Source of the DNA: Diplonema japonicum | Lineage: Eukaryota; Protista; Euglenozoa: Diplonemea | Direction: 5' to 3' | DNA length: 64,000 nt | NCBI GenBank assembly: GCA_964019335.1 | Contig: OZ025686.1 | Span: forward strand, 310,001-374,000 | Part shown: positions 11,203 to 21,798 of the stretch, piece by piece | Numbering within the stretch: position 1 is the first letter of the stretch | Layout: the number at the start of each line of letters is the position of its first letter | The notes under the pieces: generated by a model | Told to the model about the DNA's origin: nothing | The model's input: only the letters and a program-made list of their open reading frames with translations | The model's database searches: none | Program-made: the position numbers and the translations under genes

Positions 11203-14200
11203 CTAGCACGGAGCGTTGGCAGGGAAGAGGTAGCAGTGGAACTGCGTGTCCTCCGTGTACAGCTTGCGCCCAGCAGAGATGACTTGCCCGTTGACCTGTG
11301 ACTTCTCGAGCTCTATCCTGACCCTCTCGTCTTGCGTGATGAGGGTCCCGTGCAAGGTCACGTTCTTCAGGAGCATGTGGGTGTCACGGTAGCCCTTCCA
11401 GTTGGAGTGCCAGTGCCAGGCGTGGTGCACGTGGCGGTGCCAGTGGTGCCAGCCCCACCAGTGGTGGATGTACCTGCACTCCCTCTCCCTGTGCCAATCG
11501 CTGTGGCTCTCGCAGAGCTGCTTCATGTTGTAGATGGTGAAGGGAGCCCCGAGGGACCTCCCCTCGAAGACGGTGTCCCTCAGGGTGTCCAGCCTGTGGT
11601 CCAGGTGTCCGTACTCGATGTTCATGATGACCCAACCGGAGGCCCGCACCGTCATCACGGGCTTCGGGTCCGTCCTCCACACGTCGTTGTGGTGCTTGTG
11701 GTTGCGCCAGTGGTCCCAGCCCCACCAGCTGTGGTGCACCGGGTGCGGGGTCGGGATGAGCCACTCGTTCCCCGAGACCGAGAAGACATTGTACAGGTCG
11801 CCGTCCCCCTCCAGCAGCATGTTCTCGTTGCTGTCGATCGTGGCCCTCGTCGTCGTGTTGGGGGTCAGCATGTCGACCACGCAGAGGGACTGGTTCTGGT
11901 CGGGGCAGGTGATCTTCATGGCCCCCGTGCGGAGGGGCGGGAGGTTCAGGAGCGCCTCCGAGAAGTCCGTGATGTTGTCGGCTGCGCTGCTGTCCCCGAG
12001 CTCCTGCACCGGCATCCCGCAGTGGTCCGTCAGCGGCTCCGCGATCCCCGCGACCACCTTTTCAGCGACGCTCCTCCTCAGCGTCACCCCCTCAACCGAG
12101 CCAACGTCGCCGACGGTGGTGTTCTCCATGTGCACGTCGCCGACGGAGAAGGCTTGGAACTGCGTCGCGTTCCCCAGCTCCCCGATCCCCCCCTGCGAGC
12201 GCGGGTGCTGCACGCGCACCACCTGCTCCCAGGTCGCTTCAGTCGTCGCGCAACGGTCGCGCGTCGTCCACCTCCTCGTCACCGCAGCAAGTCCTTCGCT
12301 GCAGCTCTGCGCGTCCGAGTGGAAGCCGAAGGCAACGTCCGCATACTCCAGCTTGATCGGGTAGGACACGAGGTTCAGGGCAGCCATGTCGGGGTGGGTT
12401 GCAATGTCCTCCACGAGGGGGACCCCCGTCACTGCAGGCCCGTAGTCAGACAGGAAGTGCACGAACTGGTCCGCCTCAGGGGTCTCGATGAACTCGGGGG
12501 CGAACAGGTCCTCCACCGTGATCGTCTGCACGCGCGTTGTCGTCAGGGAATCCGGGTAGGCATCGAAGTCTTCGCCGCAGTCCGCGTAGTGTGGCTGAAC
12601 CTTCCAAGTCCGCTTGATCTCCCACACCCCGCAGGAGACCAAAACGGGCGCCGCGTCCCGGAAGGGGATGCTGAGGGGCGTCCCGCAGTAGGCAGCCCCG
12701 GTAGGCCTCCCCAGCCCGCTGTCCGGGCGGAGCGAGTGCGTCGTGTTGATCGTGGTGTTCGCGGGGAAGGTCACGAAGCGTGGCGGTTCGGAGTACACCT
12801 GCTCCTTGTAAGCGACCGTCGGGTCGGGGTGCTTCCTCCTGCACCCGTCCTCCGTCCACGGGGCGTCCTCGCACGCGTGCGTCGCATTCGGCGAGTGGTC
12901 CAGCGGCCTGAAGTCCTTCGCACCCCCGACCACCTCCTTCCCCGCGTGGCACACGTCAGGGAGCTGGCTGATCCCCACCCAGTAGGCGAACACCTGATCC
13001 CCGGGGACCCACCGCTGCGTCTCCCTCAAGACTGTCGGCGGATGCTGCACCTTCACCGTCTGCTGGAAGCTCCTGCTGTTCCCGCACCTGTCGGTCGTGG
13101 TCCAGTTTCTCGTGTGCTGCGCGAGCCCGCGGTCCCTGCAGGTCGGTTCGTCCTCCAGGTGCACAGACTGCCTCGTCATCGGGCCGTCAACCGAGGTCGT
13201 CGTCGTCGGCTCCGACACGAGGTCCATCCCCGCGAAGTCCGGGTGCGTCTGTTCCTCCGTCAGAGGGATCGGGTTCACAGACCTGAAGTTCTCGAAGAAG
13301 GGAACCTCCACCATCTCCTCGGGAGTGTAGGTGAAGACAGGCGCCGTCTCGTCCGTGACGTAGATCGTCTGCACCCTGCTGCTGCTCTCCGCATAGGTCC
13401 CGGTGCACACCTGTTCGGAGAAGTAGGGGGTGATCGTCCACTTCCTCTCGATCGTCCACTTCCCGCACTCCCCCTCCACGGGCTTCGGCTCGCCGTCCAC
13501 GGAGAAGATGTCGAACTCCTGTTTGCAGGGGGACTCTCCCTCCGCGATCCCCAGCACCTCCGGGTCCAGGGTCTGCTGCGTGGTGATGTGCGCGTCCGAT
13601 GGGAAAGAGGAGAAGGCGGGCGGGGCCGGTTCCACCGTCACGATCTGCTTCACCTCGTCCGAGCGGCCTCCGCACGCGGGGTTGTCGTGCAGCTGCCACA
13701 CGACCTCCAAGTAGTAGGTCCCGCAGATCCTGTCCGGGAACTGCGCCGCGGGGAGCGTCTTCTTCCTCAGCATCACCACCACTGCCCCCGCCGTGCACGC
13801 GGGGTCGATGTACACGGGCCGCGGCTTCAGGCTGTGCAGGTTGATCGGCTGGTCGCAACGGAACGTGTACGAGGTCGCGCCCCCGAGGATCGGCCGCTGC
13901 CGCGTCACCAGCCCCGCCTCGCTGCTGATCTCCGACCCCATGCCCCCTTGCTTCTCCAACGCCCTGTCCTTCATCGCCCGCACCATCCTGTTCTTCGTGT
14001 TCTCCACACTCGACTCGTAGCTCGCCCTCGACGTGAAGTCGAACGGCATGTCCTTCAAGGACACCGCCTGCTCTCCACCCGACAGCCATCCTCCACTCCC
14101 CCTCCCCCCGTACTGCCTCACCCCACCGTTGAAGGTCCCCGCCACCGCCGCCTCGTTCGACCCAAACGGCACCGACAGGGTCGACTCCTGCAGCGACGGT

Positions 14201-17200
14201 CTCGGCACTGAAACACCCGCGCTGATCCTCAGCAGCCCCGGGTTGATCGTCTTCGAGGCGTCGATGATGGCCCTCTTCTTCGCCATCTTCACAGATTCCG
14301 TCTTCACGTCGGCAGCCGCGAGAGACACATCTTCCATGCACTTCGGCTCCGCGAACTTCGACCCCGACTTCGTCTTGCAGGTCTTCCCAAACCGGCACCA
14401 CCCGTGGCACCAGCACTCCCTCCACTGCTCCTTCACGTACTTGCACCCGTATGTGTTCTTGCCCCCTGCATCCACGATCTTGTGCCCCTCCGTGTTGTAG
14501 ATCCCGATCGAGCTCCCGAAAGACTTCCCCGCCCCTTCGAAGTCTCCGTCCAGAAGCTTCTCACCCACCTCCACGATCTTCCCCAGGACCGGTACTTCCT
14601 TCAGGGCATTTGTTAGGTCGGCGATCACGTCCTCGATGTTGTCCAGGAAGGCCCCTACCAGGTTCTTGATCCCGCTCAGGGCGTTGTTGAAGATGTTCTT
14701 TATCCCGTTCCACAGCTGCAGCACCTTCCCCTCCACGAAGTTCCACGCCTGCGTCGCCACCCTCGCCACCTCCCTCACCGCCGTGTTTATCCCGTTCGCG
14801 ATCGCCTGTCCCAGGTCCCCCAGGGACACCGACACCGTGATGTCGAACTCCGAGTCCTCGAACCTCGGGGCCACCACCGCGTGCCCGCTCACAGTCGTCT
14901 TCACGAGCGCCCCATCCAGCGTCACCTCGAAGTCGATTTCGTTCCCGTTCACCTCCACCTTCGCCGCGAGGTTCACCACGAACAGCACCTGGATCTTGCA
15001 GTCGAAGATGGCGTACGGCACGGGGCGGCTTAGCTCGTACATGAAGATCACCTGCTTGATCTTCACCACATCCAAGAAGTTCATGTCCCGCAGCTCCATC
15101 TTGAAGAAGGTGAGGTCCCAGTTCCAGGTCACGTTCACGTTCGAGGACAGAGCCCCGTCGAACAGGCTGATCGCCGACGTGTAGGAGAAGATGTCCGCGT
15201 TCAGCGTCACGTTCAACATCCCGTACGCCTTCAGCATCGGGATGTCGAAGGCCCCGCCGATGTCGATCAGAGCGCTCGGCATGGGCGCCACCCGCAGGTC
15301 CACCAGGAACTTCGCCCCTCCCACCGCCACCTTGTTCTCCAGACGGTTCCCGATCCGCATCTGGAACCCGTCTCCGATCTCCAGGTCCACGGGGTCCATC
15401 CAGGCGTCGATGTAGAGGCGCGTCTTGCTCACCGCGAGGTTCATCGCGATCTCCCAGCCGAGGAAATTCAGGCGCCCTTGCAGGGCGACCCCCGCCGGGA
15501 TCACCACGTTCCCGCTCCGGAAGGCCAGCCGCTGCTCCTTGATCGGGCTGTAGGAGAGGAAGGCGAAGCACTCCAGGTCCAGGTCCTGCGCTGTCTTGTT
15601 CACGAAGCCGTCCAGCTGTCCGACACAGCTCGTCTTGTAGTCTTGGTCAAAGGGGTAGATTCCGGACTCCGCGAGCTTCCCCGGAATCGACACCGTGTCC
15701 AGGGCCGGCACATACTCCGACACGAGGTCGATGACCCCGCCGATCGTGAGCTCCGACACCATCGCGATGAAGAAGTTGTCCTCGGGGAGGGTCGCGCTCA
15801 CCCCGACGTAGGTGCGCCCCTCGAGGAAGGGGTCCGTGTTCGTCTTGCAGTTGTCCTCCTTCCCCAGGCAGACAGCGCCCCCGAGGGTGTACCCGGTAGG
15901 GAGCGGAAGCTTCAGATCCCACTCCGCTCCGAGCGTGATGTCCCCGATGTGCAGGAAGGGGAGCCCCAGGGCGCGGTACCACCACCCGTCCATCGTGAGG
16001 GTCCCGCGCACCATCTGCGCCCCCGCAGCCACCACCAGCGACAGGTCCCCGATGAGGTACAGGAAGTAGCGATTCGCGTAGTCCTCGTCACACCGCTCCA
16101 CGCAGATCTTCAGCGGAAGGTTCACCCCGAGGGTCTGGATTGGGAGGCCCCCGACGAACACGTACTCGAACTGGATGTAGATGCTCATCCCGAGCGTCCC
16201 CGCCGTATTCACGACAGCGAAGTTGCTCTCCGACGTGTCCCCCTCCGTCCCCACACGCAGCTCCAGCACCACCGACCCGGCAAACTGAAGCTCCGCACTC
16301 GCCGACACCCGGAAGTTCCCCGCCACGTCTGCGATCACCTCCAGGAAGCCCCCCTCCATCACGTCCGGGAGCTTCGGTGACCCGATTGCGTACAGCTTCA
16401 CCCCCGTCGTCGTTGCTGCCAGAGCGAGCTTTGTGTCTTGGATCCCGAACGACAACACGGGAGACATGATCGTGTCCAGGGCGGTCGCTACCTTTTCGTC
16501 GAAGTTGCTCGTCACCAGGTAGGCCACGTTCGCCACCGTGATCTGGTCCACCCACACCCCAGCCTCCACCCCGTTGCACGTGGCGGGTTGTCCGATGACC
16601 CCGGTCCCCGAGATCGATGTTGTTGGTGTCGGGTTGCTGCACTCCCCGAGACAGAAGGGCATCGCTATCTCACCCTCTTCCACCACCGGCTTCAAGAGCT
16701 TTAAAAAGTCGCTGAGATCTGTCGCCGCGTCCAGAAGCTCTCTGCCGCCGGTGCCGGTGCTGCTCGTGTGCGCGTTGCTTGAGGTACTCTTCGGCTGCGG
16801 GCACGAATCCGCATCGAAGAGCAACCCGTTCTCCTCGTTCGAGTCGTCCAGTGTCGCCGCAAACCCGAAGCTGAAACCCATCCCGGACCACTTGTTCCCC
16901 AACGCGTCCGTGGAGGCAGCCGCTTTCTGATTCCTCCAGTCCGCCGCGAAACGCTGCCTTGACTTCTTCACCAGCTCCTGCAGCCCGTCGATCGCCCTGT
17001 ATATCGCGGCCAGCCCTCCCTTGGTCGACGGTGCGCTCGTCGGGATCTCCACAGATTTCACGGTCAGTCCGAAGCCCCCGAACTTCACATCCCCCCACCA
17101 GGTCTCGCTGTCCACGACCTCAAAGCACCTCCAGTGCGGGTGCGTCAGCACGATTGTCAGCCCCTCGATCCCGGTGGCCACCTGCACGATGTTTGGCATG

Positions 17201-18258
17201 TCTATCCCGACCGTGAAGGCGAAGCCACTGTAGGCCCCGGCGTTCGCAAACCACTCCACCGAGAGCGCCACCTCGAAATTCGCGTTCGCGAAGAAACCCT
17301 TCTTCGCTCCCGGAGGCGGCGAGGTTCGTTCAGAGAGCACCTCTGCCTCCCTCCCCGCAACTGACTCATCCACACATGTCCTGTTCCTGCACACCTCGTT
17401 TAACGCGCACTGGTCGTCGATGTCGCAGCGAAGTGGTGGGGCAGGGGTGGCGGGGGCTGAAGTGGGGGCAGCTGTAGGGACAGAGGTCGGTACTGAGGTA
17501 GGAACCGAAGTCGGCACGGAGGTAGGGACAGATGTAGGGACAGACGTGGGTCTCTCATAGTTCAAGCCAACGCCCCAGCCAAGGCCGACCCCTCCGAAGA
17601 AGTCGATCGACGGGTTTGCAGTGTCCACTCCGATGCTCGCGGCGATCCCCGCCGAGGGGCTGAACGAGTAGCCGTTGCGTTGCAAGAGCGGGTAGGAGAG
17701 GCTGAAGTCTATCGTCACCGTGAAAAGCGGGCACTCGAACGCCGTCTGCCCACAGTCCCGCCCGTCCAGAGACCGCGCCACACGCTTCCTTCCCAACATG
17801 TAGTTCTCCTGTGCTTCCAGAAGCAGGGCCTTCCTGCTGGTCGACGAGGAAGATGCGTTGCACTGCCCGGCGAAGGCGCGGATCTGCGGCTTCAACATGT
17901 TCCCAAGGTTCGAGAGCTCGTCTGTGAAGGTGTCTATGTCGTCCCTTTCGAAGAAGGCCATCATCTCGTCGGCTCCGGACACCGCCTTGTCCTTCAGGGT
18001 GTTCAGCTGTTCTAGGTTCTCCGCCATCGCCTCCACCTCCTTCTTCACCCCGAGGGCTTCCACCAGCTCCTTCCCCCTGTTTGTCAGGATGCTCGCCACC
18101 GTCCCCCTGTACTCCTCCACCGTGTCCACCAGCGAGGACGCCAGCGAGAACACTGTCAGCGGTTCGGAGGTTGTTGTCGTCGTCGGAGCCTGTGCCCCTG
18201 CCCCCGCCAACAGGGCTGCACTCCACAACAGGAGCGTCGTAGTGCGGCCTGTCGCCAT
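11203..18258 (-). CDS. Giant secreted protein (2351 aa) with PTSV repeats, HYR-like repeats and a C-terminal choice-of-anchor-A-like domain
   Basis: Intronless GC-rich ORF with signal peptide. Repeats such as RNWTTTDRCGNS...QTVKV and TITVEDLFAPEF; C-terminus LHGTLI...SQVNGQVIS...QFH. Domain names are by motif recognition. Confidence 0.85.
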   Translation of the reverse strand: MATGRTTTLLLWSAALLAGAGAQAPTTTTTSEPLTVFSLASSLVDTVEEYRGTVASILTNRGKELVEALGVKKEVEAMAENLEQLNTLKDKAVSGADEMMAFFERDDIDTFTDELSNLGNMLKPQIRAFAGQCNASSSSTSRKALLLEAQENYMLGRKRVARSLDGRDCGQTAFECPLFTVTIDFSLSYPLLQRNGYSFSPSAGIAASIGVDTANPSIDFFGGVGLGWGVGLNYERPTSVPTSVPTSVPTSVPTSVPTSVPTAAPTSAPATPAPPLRCDIDDQCALNEVCRNRTCVDESVAGREAEVLSERTSPPPGAKKGFFANANFEVALSVEWFANAGAYSGFAFTVGIDMPNIVQVATGIEGLTIVLTHPHWRCFEVVDSETWWGDVKFGGFGLTVKSVEIPTSAPSTKGGLAAIYRAIDGLQELVKKSRQRFAADWRNQKAAASTDALGNKWSGMGFSFGFAATLDDSNEENGLLFDADSCPQPKSTSSNAHTSSTGTGGRELLDAATDLSDFLKLLKPVVEEGEIAMPFCLGECSNPTPTTSISGTGVIGQPATCNGVEAGVWVDQITVANVAYLVTSNFDEKVATALDTIMSPVLSFGIQDTKLALAATTTGVKLYAIGSPKLPDVMEGGFLEVIADVAGNFRVSASAELQFAGSVVLELRVGTEGDTSESNFAVVNTAGTLGMSIYIQFEYVFVGGLPIQTLGVNLPLKICVERCDEDYANRYFLYLIGDLSLVVAAGAQMVRGTLTMDGWWYRALGLPFLHIGDITLGAEWDLKLPLPTGYTLGGAVCLGKEDNCKTNTDPFLEGRTYVGVSATLPEDNFFIAMVSELTIGGVIDLVSEYVPALDTVSIPGKLAESGIYPFDQDYKTSCVGQLDGFVNKTAQDLDLECFAFLSYSPIKEQRLAFRSGNVVIPAGVALQGRLNFLGWEIAMNLAVSKTRLYIDAWMDPVDLEIGDGFQMRIGNRLENKVAVGGAKFLVDLRVAPMPSALIDIGGAFDIPMLKAYGMLNVTLNADIFSYTSAISLFDGALSSNVNVTWNWDLTFFKMELRDMNFLDVVKIKQVIFMYELSRPVPYAIFDCKIQVLFVVNLAAKVEVNGNEIDFEVTLDGALVKTTVSGHAVVAPRFEDSEFDITVSVSLGDLGQAIANGINTAVREVARVATQAWNFVEGKVLQLWNGIKNIFNNALSGIKNLVGAFLDNIEDVIADLTNALKEVPVLGKIVEVGEKLLDGDFEGAGKSFGSSIGIYNTEGHKIVDAGGKNTYGCKYVKEQWRECWCHGWCRFGKTCKTKSGSKFAEPKCMEDVSLAAADVKTESVKMAKKRAIIDASKTINPGLLRISAGVSVPRPSLQESTLSVPFGSNEAAVAGTFNGGVRQYGGRGSGGWLSGGEQAVSLKDMPFDFTSRASYESSVENTKNRMVRAMKDRALEKQGGMGSEISSEAGLVTRQRPILGGATSYTFRCDQPINLHSLKPRPVYIDPACTAGAVVVMLRKKTLPAAQFPDRICGTYYLEVVWQLHDNPACGGRSDEVKQIVTVEPAPPAFSSFPSDAHITTQQTLDPEVLGIAEGESPCKQEFDIFSVDGEPKPVEGECGKWTIERKWTITPYFSEQVCTGTYAESSSRVQTIYVTDETAPVFTYTPEEMVEVPFFENFRSVNPIPLTEEQTHPDFAGMDLVSEPTTTTSVDGPMTRQSVHLEDEPTCRDRGLAQHTRNWTTTDRCGNSRSFQQTVKVQHPPTVLRETQRWVPGDQVFAYWVGISQLPDVCHAGKEVVGGAKDFRPLDHSPNATHACEDAPWTEDGCRRKHPDPTVAYKEQVYSEPPRFVTFPANTTINTTHSLRPDSGLGRPTGAAYCGTPLSIPFRDAAPVLVSCGVWEIKRTWKVQPHYADCGEDFDAYPDSLTTTRVQTITVEDLFAPEFIETPEADQFVHFLSDYGPAVTGVPLVEDIATHPDMAALNLVSYPIKLEYADVAFGFHSDAQSCSEGLAAVTRRWTTRDRCATTEATWEQVVRVQHPRSQGGIGELGNATQFQAFSVGDVHMENTTVGDVGSVEGVTLRRSVAEKVVAGIAEPLTDHCGMPVQELGDSSAADNITDFSEALLNLPPLRTGAMKITCPDQNQSLCVVDMLTPNTTTRATIDSNENMLLEGDGDLYNVFSVSGNEWLIPTPHPVHHSWWGWDHWRNHKHHNDVWRTDPKPVMTVRASGWVIMNIEYGHLDHRLDTLRDTVFEGRSLGAPFTIYNMKQLCESHSDWHRERECRYIHHWWGWHHWHRHVHHAWHWHSNWKGYRDTHMLLKNVTLHGTLITQDERVRIELEKSQVNGQVISAGRKLYTEDTQFHCYLFPANAPC
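17460..17552 (-). repeat. Coding tandem repeat (PTSV)n, mucin-like linker
   Basis: 12-nt units encoding PTSV x5, then PTAAPTSAP. Confidence 0.9.
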
Positions 18259-18365
18259 GTGAGCAAAGGATTTCCTTCTTTTCCTTTTATCTTCTTGTAG
18301 TGTATGCGAAACCTGTTGGTGTGAACAAAGAGAGAACTATAGCAAATATGGTAAAGAATAACAAT

Positions 18366-18608
18366 GTTAGTATTCCAGAGTTAACACTGCTGGTTTGCGG
18401 AGGTAAAGGGGAGAAAGACGACTTTGTACCATGAAACCTCCCCACAGAATAGTGCTTGGGGAAGGGTAGCAGGAGTGGGACCCAAGACATAAATAAATGC
18501 TGTTCCCTTTGTCTCCCTTCCTTCCAGGACGTTTCTTTGCTTGGTTTATTCGTTTCTCTTTACCCCCCCTTTTTTTTAATAATATTCTCCAAGAAGAACA
18601 AACAAGAG

Positions 18609-18641
<33 letters not shown>

Positions 18642-19410
18642 GTATTACTTTTGGTGTCCTTTTTTTTTCCCTTCGAGATAAGGTTTAAGCCTTGTAGACG
18701 GAGAAGACACCCTCCTTCTTTGCGTAGTGGGCCTTCACCACCGGGATGTTTGCAATCTTCTTGGTGTGTGCGGTGATGTTCTTGAAGGGGGCGAGGCAGT
18801 CGGTGGGGTAGCCGTCGAACTGCCCGCTCCTGAAGATGTTGGGCCAGGCGAAGACAGCGGCGTCGGCGAGGGTGAGGTGGTCCCCGACTGCGAACCCGGA
18901 GGGGTTCTTCCCGATCAACTCGTCGATGAAGGTAAGCCACTTGAAGGCGTCGCCGCCCTCCGCCACAGAGGCTGCCCTGAAGGCCTCCCTCTCAGCTCCC
19001 TCGGGGACACCGAAGCTCTTGATGAGGGGACCGAACACCTCTCCAACCATGTCCACCATCTCGTCCACGCGGAGGGCAGCAAGCGGGCACTCCGGGTACA
19101 GGGGCTTCCCCTCGAACGAAGACTTCTTCGCCGCCCACCTCGCCATCGCCACGCTCTGCGACACCTGCACACCGTCCAACTCCATCAGAGGAAGCTGCTT
19201 GGGGGCAACCGTCGGCTTCATCTTCCCCCACGACTCCCCCGTCACGATCTCATCCTCGAAGGGCACTCCCCCGACCATCAGGCAGAACCGGGTCGGCTCC
19301 AACCTCCCCGCAATGTCGAAGTAGGTGAGCTTCACAGACGGCATTGTTTTGTTTTTTCTTCTTTTTTTTTTTTGCCTTTAAAGTGTGTAGAACTTCGGGG
19401 GTGATGTGGA
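18366..19410. repeat. ~1 kb direct repeat (GST CDS plus 3' flank), copy 2
   Basis: Matches 9285-10330. Confidence 0.92.
18685..19344 (-). CDS. Glutathione S-transferase (sigma-like), copy 2
   Basis: Protein identical to copy 1. Confidence 0.93.
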   Translation of the reverse strand: MPSVKLTYFDIAGRLEPTRFCLMVGGVPFEDEIVTGESWGKMKPTVAPKQLPLMELDGVQVSQSVAMARWAAKKSSFEGKPLYPECPLAALRVDEMVDMVGEVFGPLIKSFGVPEGAEREAFRAASVAEGGDAFKWLTFIDELIGKNPSGFAVGDHLTLADAAVFAWPNIFRSGQFDGYPTDCLAPFKNITAHTKKIANIPVVKAHYAKKEGVFSVYKA

Positions 19411-19527
19411 GGGTGCTAGGTTTAAAGATACATAGTTGGTATGCAAGGTTCAGGAGCAGGGCTTTCAAAGCGGTGGTTTTGTGGATCAATTTAAGGCCAG
19501 AAAATTGAACCTTTTTTTTTTTTTTTT

Positions 19528-20235
19528 TTTTATTTCACTCTTCAGAAATTACTTCACGCACTAGGGGGCCTATTACTTCACGCTAAATCTCATTACTTCA
19601 CGGCGAAAGAATGGCCTGTTTTCCGTGAAGTAATAGGGGTTTCCGGTAAATAATGTGCCTCAGTGGGCCAACTTTTGCCTCGGTTCAGTTCCAGTGGGGC
19701 TACTTTTTCACCCGGTTTGTCAATTTCCCCCCAGGTTCAGCTCAATGGCCAACTTTTGCCTCGGCTCAGTTCCAAGTTGACTACTTTTTCCTCCCAAATT
19801 TGCCCACTTTGGCTAGGCCTTGTTCCCAGTTTCAACTTTTCTATTTAGTCAGCTTACCAAGCTCCCCAAAACTACTTCAAAATACCGAAGCAGCAGAAAA
19901 AAAGGAGCCAGTGGCCGCGCCAGGTATGAGAAGGCCTGATTAGAGATGGTGACAGTGGCAATGCCAGTGACACTTAGTCAGCAAAAGGAGGAACAACTTG
20001 TATTTTAACCTTTGTAACCCCTCTCTTGTTGTACCCCTTGTCACCCCGTTGTGCCCCTCGAGGTTTCAGAGTGTCGTGAAATAAAACCACTTACCTACCG
20101 CCAAGTAATGCTTTACCGACCTCGGTAAAGTCATTACTTGTTGGCAGTAAATAGCTATTAATTTCACTCTTCGTCATTTTCTTCATTCACTAGGGGCCTC
20201 ATAATTTAACGCGAAATCGCCATAATTTAACTAGA
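19528..20235 (+). mobile_element. Putative non-autonomous Helentron/HINE-like element plus start of a second tandem unit
   Basis: TTTTATTTCAC (19528-19538) inverted as GTGAAATAAAA (20076-20086), followed by a long palindrome (20102-20140). Internal repeats ATTACTTCACG (x3 plus inverse) and GGCCAACTTTTGCCTCGG (x2). A diverged copy of the left end restarts at ~20161. Confidence 0.6.
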
Positions 20236-20279
20236 GGACTTTGAGCATTTTGGAAACTGGGTCAAGTTAGGACTCTACC

Positions 20280-20313
<34 letters not shown>

Positions 20314-20767
20314 AAAAAAAGAAGAATAAGAAAAAAAAATGGAAAAAAGGAGGAAACGCCACAAAGGAAGCATAAAGAGAGAAAACAGTACACTAAACGT
20401 CGCACCGGAGCACTAGGAGGAGCGGACACCTCTTTTTAGGGTGTAACTTGGTAACGTGGAAAATCCAGGGGAGCGGGGACGTTTAAAAAAAAACGGTGGT
20501 GAGCCTTTTATGGACTACCCGAAGAGACAGGAGGCATCGAAATGAAACAGGAGGGAAAAAAAAAAAAACGCAAAACGGCGGGGAAGAGGGATACAAACAA
20601 ATAAGGGACAAAAAGGAAGGGGGGGAAAGAACAAAAATAAGTCTGCGTGTTCGCATCTTGTGTATAGTACCGTACAAGAGAAGGATAAGAAGAAGATGTT
20701 TGCGGCTTCGTTATAAGCAGTGTGCCGAGGCAAAGCCAGCAATTACATTACAAACAGATACTCTATG

Positions 20768-21764
20768 TCAGTAGAACTTGCTAAGGGGGCTGCGGGCGGG
20801 GCTCGTGTGGAGAGGTTTGGGACTGTCATAAGAATGCTGGTCCCTCAGTGCAGAGATGGCGGAGTGGTGCTCGTAGCCACGGCTTGAAAGAGGAGGAACC
20901 ACGGCAGGTGACAAAGAAGCAGAGACAGACGAAATGGGCACAGCAGGGATAACTGGGGACACACCTGCAGTGACAGGCGAGGATTGCCCAGCGCGCCCAG
21001 GGCTGCCCGACCTGGCTGTCCTGCCAGTGAAGCTTTGGAAGTCGGTCCTGAGTTTCATCTCCTTGGTCTCGAGACTGTCCCTCTGTTCCCTGAGACGGAC
21101 CTCCTGCTCCAAGAGAGGCTTCTCGTCGTCGTCCACAGACCTGCGGCGGGACCCGAAGTCGATGTTTTCCTGTTCCAGCTGTGACACGGTCCTCTCCTGT
21201 GAATCCACAGCCTGTCCCGCATTTATCTCCTCCGTCTTCCTCAAGGACTCCTTTTCTTGCGCCGACGCCAGCTCCCTCTGGTCTACGTCCTTCTGCGCGA
21301 GCTGCCTCGCAACGTCGTTCGCTGCGTCGCGCAGGGCCGCCGCCGCCGCACGCTCCCTCTCCTGCCTCGCTGCCACCTCCGTCTCCGCATCCGCCGCCCT
21401 GTCCGCTGCGAGGTGCACCTCCCGCCTCGCCTCGTTCTCTCCCATCATCGCGTCCTGCTCCTTCGCCTGTGCTTGGGAGAGGTCCCCACGCATCCTCTCT
21501 GCGTTCGTCCTCTGCACATCCACCTCCCTGTGCTGCTCCTGCAGGAGCCTCTCGATCTCCCTCAACCTCTCCTCCGCCTTCGCCACCTCCTGCTCCTGTG
21601 TCTGCAGGCGGCGCGACGCCACCTCGACAGCCCTCTGCGCCTCCGCGAGCTCCAGCTGGCGCTGCCTCTCCCTGTCCTTCGCCCTGTTCAGGTCTGCCAT
21701 CCTCTCCCTCAGGTCTGCTCTTGCCCTTTCTGTGTCTTCGTGGGCGTTGTCCAATGCGCTCTGC

Positions 21765-21798
<34 letters not shown>

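Noticed and set aside
11332-14211. 959-aa plus-strand ORF and the many other long antisense ORFs
   Set aside because: Shadow frames of GC3-rich minus-strand genes; no recognisable motifs.
19540-19780. Short repeats resembling a CRISPR array
   Set aside because: Too short, irregularly spaced, eukaryotic context, no cas genes; better explained as transposon subterminal repeats.
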